Assembly: GCA_016839815.1 (NCBI GenBank)
Contig: JAEOTM010000077.1
Location: 1-11,793, forward strand
Length of the DNA: 11,793 nucleotides
Reading direction: 5' to 3'
Source: Candidatus Hodarchaeota archaeon
GTDB lineage: Archaea; Asgardarchaeota; Heimdallarchaeia; Hodarchaeales; Hodarchaeaceae
The stretch's first letter is position 1. Each line of letters starts with the position of its first letter. Shown here in pieces: positions 5,508 through 11,793 of the stretch. Below the pieces are notes generated by a model, which worked only from the letters and a program-made list of their open reading frames with translations, did not search any database and was not told the origin of the DNA. A program made the position numbers and the translations under genes.

Positions 5508-8003
5508 TTACCTTCTCTTCCGAAGGAAGACAGGTAAAGCCATTAAGCTTCCGAGAACGAAAATTGTCTCGAAACCAGGACTGATTTCAACATCTGTAGG
5601 TTCAGTGGTTGTGGTAGGTTCACTGTCATCAGTGGTTGTGTCATCTGAAGGATAGTCAGAAATTGCTACCTCTAGGGCGTATGAAGTGTGTGAACTCATC
5701 CATTCAAATGAACCACTTGGATTCCAATAGTAGTGTTCCTCTGTGTAGACATATCCATCAGTTGTGACGATTTCTAGATCTCCAGTATCGTTATCAACTT
5801 GGGTCATATCAAGTTCAGAGTAAACAGAAGCACCGACATTCGTAGCATTGTTTATCCAGTCTAGATCGAAGCTGAATGAATGAATTGTTAACGAATCACC
5901 TTCATCTTCCATTGGCATATTCATGAGGAATGCAAGGAAATCTGGATCTGTGATAACTGCTGAAAGTTGATCTACATACGCTTCCATTAGGATAACTGCC
6001 CCACCAACTTGATTCCAATCAGGGGTTCGGGCTGGCATGGGAATAATTATCTGAGGATCGACTGGAAGTCTGAAACCTTGTTCTTCTTCAGGAGGTATTG
6101 GATCTTGTGCACCCATTCCAGCATTCATTTCATCGCCACCATTATCTCCACCAAACATAAACATGAAATTGTTTTTGGTGAGATAAGAGGTAAATCCACT
6201 TTCTGGCATAGCTTCAATTTCGAAAAATGCAACGTAGTCAACACCAGGAACGAAGTTTTGACCCACACTGTCATTGATTAGGATATCAGTATAGGTCCAA
6301 TTAACGGGAATATCATACATACCGCTAGTTTCATTCCAATCCCAGCCTTGTTCGATGACTTCGACATAATCAACAAGGCCATTATACACTTCAACAGCTG
6401 AAGATGTGGCAAGGTTTTCCTCAAGTGTTTTAGATTGATCATAATTCATTTCCCAATCTTGTTTCTCAAAGACCTGAGCATTCATTATTCCACGAACCCA
6501 ATCATTAATACGCAAGGTTTGATTGTCTTCGGCTTGCAATGGATGAAATTCTTCAATCCAGTTACCCCATTCATCCCAATAACCCCAGTGGCTTCCATCA
6601 AATCTGCGGAGAAAACTAGTTGTATTTTGATACATTTGAGCATCAAACAGATTGATTGCGAAGTCATGAGTACCCCATTGATCCATACCATCATCAAACG
6701 GATGATAATAGTCATTCAGTGGAGGTAAGGGTTCTTGTGCACCGGAGCCTGCAGGTTCACCACCAAACAGGAATCCTAATCGATCACCTAGGAAACGATT
6801 GAAGTCAAGCATATAACCATCTAAGTGGTAATATAGTCCGTCCATCTCATCAACCGTATAGTTTAAGAGTTGTTCACCATTAAGTTCTTCAACTGCAGCA
6901 ATAATTTCGGTTAACATATCATTTACAAATTGTTCTTCTGTATCATTTACTAAGTCAAGATCATCTAAGGACAAATCTACATTAATTACATATTCACCTG
7001 AATCACCAATACTAATTGGTACGATCGGTTTGGTATTGCTTAGTAGATCAAATACAAAGAAAAATTCTTCCCATTCGTCAATTACACCACTATCATCCAT
7101 ATCTCCAATTGCTTGAACACTAAAGTGTTCCAAGAATCCAGAAACTGAATTCCAGACACCCATAATGGTAATATTACCATGATCGGCTGTGGCATTGAAG
7201 AATTCAACTAGAATTGTCAGCTCAAAGTCAGCTGCTAAATTAGGTGTTGCTGTCACAGAAATATTTTCTGATCCATCATCATCAAAGGGAAATAGCTTAT
7301 CTAGATCGACTTCACTATCCCAATAACTGAAAGCATCATTAACATTTTCTACGAAGAAGATTGCTGGTGAGACAAATGGTAAACCATCATATCCATACCA
7401 GGAGGCCATTTCTGACAAATCTTCAAAGGCTGTGAAGTTTGTTGTAGAACTAACAACTGGGAACGGAGGAGTTCCTGATCCCGCTGGAAGAACAACACTT
7501 GTTGGTAACAAATCAACGGGGACACCTTGATCTGCCAATTCAGGGGGATAATTCACAGATACAGTGATATCTTCACCCAAGGTTAGTACTGCTTGCCAGT
7601 CTAATAATCGACTTGCAGGGTTATATATGGATCGTTGATCGTTAACAATTTTCACAAAAAGCTCTGATCCTTCAAATGTACCATCTATTGCAAATTCTGG
7701 TACAGGACCTGAGTTGGGATCACCACCAAAGAAAAATCCAGCATTGAAGAATTGATCAAGTGGACTCTTTGCACTGGTGACATTGTATCGTAGGTTCGTA
7801 TTTGTGAGATCAGCTGCTGATCCTGTGGTTGGTCCAACTATCCAGTTATTTGTCAAAGAGATGTCAGAGGAAAGGTCTATTAAACCTTCAAAGTCACCCA
7901 TATCTGGGCCTCCGCCATCCTGAGCGGAAACTGGAATAGAAAGACTACCAAGGAGAAGGAAACCGATAGTTACGACTCCTACACAAAAAAGTCTTTTATT
8001 CAT
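5508..8003 (-). CDS. Large acidic secreted cell-surface (S-layer-like) glycoprotein with PGF-CTERM-like sorting signal
   Basis: Sec signal peptide (MNKR-hydrophobic-VSA/Q). Very D/E-rich with few K/R. 14 N-x-S/T sequons counted. Thr/Asp-rich linker DDTTTDDSEPTTTTEPT, then SPGF + TM helix + RKRR. SD AGGTGA lies 7 nt upstream of the ATG. Confidence 0.85.
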   Translation of the reverse strand: MNKRLFCVGVVTIGFLLLGSLSIPVSAQDGGGPDMGDFEGLIDLSSDISLTNNWIVGPTTGSAADLTNTNLRYNVTSAKSPLDQFFNAGFFFGGDPNSGPVPEFAIDGTFEGSELFVKIVNDQRSIYNPASRLLDWQAVLTLGEDITVSVNYPPELADQGVPVDLLPTSVVLPAGSGTPPFPVVSSTTNFTAFEDLSEMASWYGYDGLPFVSPAIFFVENVNDAFSYWDSEVDLDKLFPFDDDGSENISVTATPNLAADFELTILVEFFNATADHGNITIMGVWNSVSGFLEHFSVQAIGDMDDSGVIDEWEEFFFVFDLLSNTKPIVPISIGDSGEYVINVDLSLDDLDLVNDTEEQFVNDMLTEIIAAVEELNGEQLLNYTVDEMDGLYYHLDGYMLDFNRFLGDRLGFLFGGEPAGSGAQEPLPPLNDYYHPFDDGMDQWGTHDFAINLFDAQMYQNTTSFLRRFDGSHWGYWDEWGNWIEEFHPLQAEDNQTLRINDWVRGIMNAQVFEKQDWEMNYDQSKTLEENLATSSAVEVYNGLVDYVEVIEQGWDWNETSGMYDIPVNWTYTDILINDSVGQNFVPGVDYVAFFEIEAMPESGFTSYLTKNNFMFMFGGDNGGDEMNAGMGAQDPIPPEEEQGFRLPVDPQIIIPMPARTPDWNQVGGAVILMEAYVDQLSAVITDPDFLAFLMNMPMEDEGDSLTIHSFSFDLDWINNATNVGASVYSELDMTQVDNDTGDLEIVTTDGYVYTEEHYYWNPSGSFEWMSSHTSYALEVAISDYPSDDTTTDDSEPTTTTEPTDVEISPGFETIFVLGSLMALPVFLRKRR

Positions 8004-8010
8004 TAATTTT

Positions 8011-8016
8011 TCACCT
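8011..8016 (-). promoter_or_regulatory. Shine-Dalgarno sequence of the surface glycoprotein gene
   Basis: TCACCT on + is AGGTGA on -, the canonical archaeal SD, 7 nt from the ATG at 8003. Confidence 0.7.
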
Positions 8017-8369
8017 TATAAGGAATACACACATGTCATCAATAGAAAATACTTATTCTTCGCAGAAGAATCAAGATTTCATTAACGATGGTGTATACTT
8101 GAGGATTTATACTCAATGATTCTATAAAAAGGGCACTGGAATGAAGTTCCGCCAATTGATGTAATCATGAAAGGACAGATTGTTGGTGAATAGAGAGGGA
8201 AAAAGGAGAAAAGACTTTACTAATAATCATTATACTTGCATGTTCCTGCTTATGTATTAAATTACCAGTAAATTTTCTCTCTTATACCAGTATTCAAGAA
8301 TCTCCCAAAAATACTTCTTCACCTAATACTAAGGATATAATAATTAACGCCAAATTAAGAGTATGTACC

Positions 8370-10775
8370 TTGACTGTTCGAGTGGATTTTGAAAAAAAAG
8401 AGATATCTGTCAGTATTAGAGATCTTGCCTTTCTAAATGCCCCTAGGTCTGGTATGTCTCATGTTTATTTCAAAAATGCCGAGAAAGGGAGAGAAGTTCA
8501 TCAACACATTCAAGATGAAAAACAAGCTATTGATCCGAGCTACAGAACTGAATATTTCTTAAAATATGAATTTAAATTCAAAGAATGGACAGTCTTGCTA
8601 CGAGGACGAGTTGATCTATTCGCAGAAACACCAGATAGTATTCAAATTGAAGAGATAAAGTCGATTTATGTAAAGAATTTTGATGGTTCTTCTCATAATC
8701 CGTTTGTGGATCCTTTTACAAAACAACTTCAATGCTATGCATGGATTTATTCTCAATTAGAATCACCTAAATTACCATTAACTCTTGTTTTGATCCTTTA
8801 CAACCGCTTTGACGATTCCAAATATAATTTATCTGTTCCTAATATTGATATGAAAGCATTTATTGAGAAACAAATTGATTTTTTAATAACAGAGGAAACT
8901 GTCCGTTACTCTCAACATCAAAGGCAAATTCAAACACTTAAAAATCTCCACTTTCCTTTTCCATACCGTGATTATCAAGAATCTATAGTTAACTCAATTA
9001 ACCAAATATTAGACGATAAAATCAACATGATTATTGAAGCTCCTAGTGGTTTGGGTAAAACAGTCGTATCGTTATTCCCTCTTCTTTCACGTTCTATTCA
9101 GGAGAACCGTCCGTTATTTTTTCTTACAGCTAAAGCTACACAACGCCGTATCGTCGAAGAAACCCTCAGTTTGTTCCATGATCAAGGAGTTGATTTTTTA
9201 GCTGTAATTCTCAAGGCAAAAGAAAAAATGTGTACCAATTCCATTTATTTCTGTCATGAAGAATACTGTCCTTATCTAAAAAATTACATTCAGAAATATC
9301 CTGAGGACCAGCTCCAAGTACTTATTCAAAAGCGTGGAATTATAACACCAGAAATAATTGAGGACTTGGCATCAACTTCTAGGGCGTTTTGTCCTTTCGA
9401 GCTTATTCTTGATCTTTCTTTGGCTTCAAATGTTATTGTTAGTGACTATAATTACGTTTTTCACCCCCGTGTGACCTTACAACGATTTTTTGGTGTCCAG
9501 ATTCCAAAATCTCAGAAATATTACTTAATTATCGATGAAGCACATAATTTAGTCAATCGGAGTTTAGATTATTACTCACATACTCTAAACCAACAAGATG
9601 TTTTTCAATTCAAGAAAGATTTAAAACTACTAGAACGTAAATACAGTGGAATTCCTACTCCTAATTTCACCCCTCCGATATTAGAAAGAGTTTTTCGAAT
9701 TTTACGGACAAATTACGGAATCGCTCCTTCTATGCATCTCTTAGAATCTCTAGATGTTCGATCATTTGAAACGATTCTTCTCCGCTTAGAAGAGCATATT
9801 CCTCAGTATCTTCGTTATTTGTTTGAGCACGACCTTCACTGGCCCGAAGATCCTGTCCTTTGGTTCTATTATCATTTACGTGATTTTACTGAGACTGCAA
9901 AACTCGCTCAAACAGCTGAAGAGTTTTCGATTATATATAATTCCCAAGAGGGGGAAATACAGCTTTTATGTAAAGATGCTTCTCCATTTCTTAACAGTCG
10001 GCTCAATCAGTTTAAATCAGCGATTGCTATATCGGCAACCATTACTCCGTTTCCATTTTATAGAGATCTTCTAGGTTTTCCTATAGAAAAAACGGTATAT
10101 AAACAATATCCCTCTCCTTTTCCTAGTGAAAATCGGGTAATCTTGGTTTCACCTGAAATTGATACTCGATATAAACATCGTAATGAGTATTATAAAGAAA
10201 TAGCCCAATTAATCATCAAAGCAGTCCAGAAGAAACCAGGTAAGTATTTTGCATTCTTTCCATCTTTTAAATTTGCTTCAGATGTACTATTCCAGATATC
10301 ACCACCAAGTAAACTGACGATAATAAAACAACTAGGTCCAATGCATGATGAGGAAAGAAAAAGATTTATTCAACAGTTAGAATCTGAATCTTTTGTACTG
10401 GCGATTGCTGTAACCGCTGGAATTTTTGCAGAGGGTTTAGATTTTCCTGGTATGTTAAATGGTGTATTTGTAGTTAGCCCAAGCTTACCTACATTAACTT
10501 TCGAAAGAGAAGTGATTCGTCAATATTATGAAGAAAGGTACAGCAATGGTTTTGCCTATGCATATAAATTTCCAGGATTAACTCGTACATTTCAAGCTGC
10601 TGGTCGGTTAATAAGAACTGTTGAAGATAAAGGGGTAATAGTCTTTATAGGCCAACGGTTTGCCTCTCCGGGATATGCAGATTACTTTCCGTCTTATTAC
10701 TATGAACATTCTCCACGGGAATTAATTTCCAGAGATATAATAAAGGATATTGAGAAGTTCTGGGATAAACACTAG
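8370..10775 (+). CDS. XPD/Rad3/DinG-family FeS 5'-3' DNA helicase with N-terminal PD-(D/E)xK (RecB/Cas4-like) nuclease domain
   Basis: Nuclease motifs: GREVH, LRGRVD, IEEIKS, QLQCY. Helicase motifs: Q motif PYRDYQ, I EAPSGLGKT, FeS cysteines (MCTNSIYFCHEEYCPY...FCPF), II IIDEAHN, III SAT, IV FFPSF, V GIFAEGLDF, VI QAAGRLIR. TTG start. Confidence 0.92.
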   Translation: MTVRVDFEKKEISVSIRDLAFLNAPRSGMSHVYFKNAEKGREVHQHIQDEKQAIDPSYRTEYFLKYEFKFKEWTVLLRGRVDLFAETPDSIQIEEIKSIYVKNFDGSSHNPFVDPFTKQLQCYAWIYSQLESPKLPLTLVLILYNRFDDSKYNLSVPNIDMKAFIEKQIDFLITEETVRYSQHQRQIQTLKNLHFPFPYRDYQESIVNSINQILDDKINMIIEAPSGLGKTVVSLFPLLSRSIQENRPLFFLTAKATQRRIVEETLSLFHDQGVDFLAVILKAKEKMCTNSIYFCHEEYCPYLKNYIQKYPEDQLQVLIQKRGIITPEIIEDLASTSRAFCPFELILDLSLASNVIVSDYNYVFHPRVTLQRFFGVQIPKSQKYYLIIDEAHNLVNRSLDYYSHTLNQQDVFQFKKDLKLLERKYSGIPTPNFTPPILERVFRILRTNYGIAPSMHLLESLDVRSFETILLRLEEHIPQYLRYLFEHDLHWPEDPVLWFYYHLRDFTETAKLAQTAEEFSIIYNSQEGEIQLLCKDASPFLNSRLNQFKSAIAISATITPFPFYRDLLGFPIEKTVYKQYPSPFPSENRVILVSPEIDTRYKHRNEYYKEIAQLIIKAVQKKPGKYFAFFPSFKFASDVLFQISPPSKLTIIKQLGPMHDEERKRFIQQLESESFVLAIAVTAGIFAEGLDFPGMLNGVFVVSPSLPTLTFEREVIRQYYEERYSNGFAYAYKFPGLTRTFQAAGRLIRTVEDKGVIVFIGQRFASPGYADYFPSYYYEHSPRELISRDIIKDIEKFWDKH

Positions 10776-10785
10776 ATTTTTTTTC

Positions 10786-11418
10786 TTAGTTATACTTATT
10801 GTTAGATTTTAGAAATTGGATTGGTTCAACACAATCTAACGACTTTTTCTCCTCATTGAAGACCGTAGGGGATTTTTGTATAGTTTTAAAAATTAGAGGA
10901 ATAAGTTCAAGAGGTTTTCTTGGTAGGGAGGTAAATATTAAAGGCACGAGTTCTGCAGTAAGAGCATAATCATCTGGACTAACCATGCAGGATTTTTCAT
11001 TTATTTGTTGTTGTAATTCAAAAATCTTAGTAAAATATGATGTAAATTCAGCTAATTTTTCCTTTAATATATCCAGGGTCTTAGTAGTTATTAATACACT
11101 TAAAATATTGTTCCTTTCTTCTAAAAACACTTTTTTTCGTCCAAGATCTATCATTCTTAATTGTGAACTTGAATCAACGACTTCTTGCATCATATTTAAT
11201 ATCGCAATGAATCCCATTCCTACAAGCTGGTTTTCTATATTGGATATATATCCTAGGTTGAAATGATGGGAAAATAAGCATATTCCATCAGTTTTTCGAA
11301 TAATATAAAGAGAAACAAGGAATTTCTGCCAATACTGAACGTTTTCATTTTTTCTTTGCCTGATTTCATTTGTGATTTTTTTCTTTAGAGCATGAATGGG
11401 TGATGACATGTTAGTCAT
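10786..11418 (-). CDS. Longin/roadblock-like domain protein (Asgard eukaryotic-signature type)
   Basis: SLYIIRKTDGICLFSHHF (beta-beta hairpin), NQLVGMGFIAILNMMQEV (helix), LRMIDLGRKKVFLEERNNILSVLIT (three strands), LKEKLAEFTSYFTKIF (helix). This is the bb-a-bbb-aa longin topology. Confidence 0.75.
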   Translation of the reverse strand: MTNMSSPIHALKKKITNEIRQRKNENVQYWQKFLVSLYIIRKTDGICLFSHHFNLGYISNIENQLVGMGFIAILNMMQEVVDSSSQLRMIDLGRKKVFLEERNNILSVLITTKTLDILKEKLAEFTSYFTKIFELQQQINEKSCMVSPDDYALTAELVPLIFTSLPRKPLELIPLIFKTIQKSPTVFNEEKKSLDCVEPIQFLKSNNKYN

Positions 11419-11434
11419 TAATAATCAAAGACTA

Positions 11435-11450
11435 GGAGGTTTTAAACTCC
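11435..11450 (-). promoter_or_regulatory. TATA box of the longin gene embedded in an imperfect palindrome
   Basis: GGAGGTTTTAAACTCC. Minus-strand TTTAAAA (11440-11446) lies 22-28 nt upstream of the ATG at 11418, spacing consistent with a leaderless transcript. Confidence 0.45.
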
Positions 11451-11520
11451 GAAATATTTTCTAAAAATTGACACTATAGGAATTAAACTAATAACCTCCA
11501 AATACTCAAAATAGATTAAG

Positions 11521-11793
11521 ATGGGTGTAAAATCGATGTTATCAGAAGAAGAGAAGCAATATTTTTCTCGACAAATTGTTCTTCCAAATTTTGGTGAAAA
11601 GGGACAAGAGAAATTAAAACAAGTAAGAATTTTAGTGGTGGGGGTCGGGGGTTTAGGAACATTTTCCACTCTGCTTTTAGCTGAAATGGGAGTTGGATAT
11701 CTTCGCATTGTTGATCGTGATCTTATTGAAAAAACGAATTTACATCGAACTCCTCTCTATACTGAAGACGATTTGGACCAAGCAAAAGTAGAA
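11521..11793 (+). CDS. ThiF/MoeB/HesA (E1-like) adenylyltransferase, 5' part (runs off the right edge)
   Basis: Not in the ORF track. Translation: MGVKSMLSEEEKQYFSRQIVLPNFGEKGQEKLKQVRILVVGVGGLGTFSTLLLAEMGVGYLRIVDRDLIEKTNLHRTPLYTEDDLDQAKVE. It shows the SRQ, GxGGLG, DxDxIExxNLHR and K-V-E motifs. The start is 11521 or 11536. Confidence 0.93.
   Translation, partial: MGVKSMLSEEEKQYFSRQIVLPNFGEKGQEKLKQVRILVVGVGGLGTFSTLLLAEMGVGYLRIVDRDLIEKTNLHRTPLYTEDDLDQAKVE

Noticed and set aside
6009-6728. ORFs 6009..6281 (+), 6435..6728 (+) and 6485..6715 (-)
   Set aside because: Fully nested in the 831-aa gene, antisense or alternative frame, with no independent signals.
8033-8119. 28-aa small ORF (MSSIENTYSSQKNQDFINDGVYLRIYTQ) with AAGGA upstream
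   Set aside because: It overlaps the probable promoter/leader of the divergent surface-protein gene and has no recognisable motif. It cannot be supported without conservation or ribosome-profiling data.
8370-8900. Cas4/CasDinG as evidence of a CRISPR system
   Set aside because: No repeat-spacer array or other cas genes in the window, and the nuclease domain lacks the Cas4 four-cysteine cluster.
9823-11266. ORFs 9823..10074 (+) and 10985..11266 (+)
   Set aside because: The first is an alternative frame within the helicase gene; the second is antisense to the longin gene.
11442-11708. Minus-strand 88-aa ORF in the track
   Set aside because: Antisense shadow of the clear ThiF/MoeB gene on the plus strand (PKPPTPTT mirrors VVGVGGLG).

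Overview
AT-rich archaeal chromosomal window, most likely from an Asgard (Heimdallarchaeia/Lokiarchaeia-like) genome. The lineage is inferred from the combination of Orc1/Cdc6, a class I LysRS N-terminus, a stand-alone longin-fold protein and a PGF-type C-terminal sorting signal. Gene order: partial class I lysS (-, left edge); GlmU-like nucleotidyltransferase + left-handed beta-helix protein (+); 4-TM membrane protein with a bacterial-PH-like C-terminus (-); ~500 bp AT-rich intergenic region with inverted repeats and an ORB-like box; orc1/cdc6 (+); GT87/GT-C-like membrane glycosyltransferase (-); 831-aa acidic S-layer-like glycoprotein with a PGF-CTERM-like tail (-); PD-(D/E)xK nuclease fused to an FeS XPD/DinG helicase (+); longin-like protein (-); partial ThiF/MoeB/E1-like enzyme (+, right edge). 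No rRNA, tRNA, CRISPR array or mobile element was seen. The most striking observation is that the GlmU-like protein has an intact ORF but lacks key residues in both active sites. This suggests a pseudoenzyme with the same domain layout as eukaryotic eIF2B gamma/epsilon and GMPPA. All assignments come from motif reading by eye; no searches were run.
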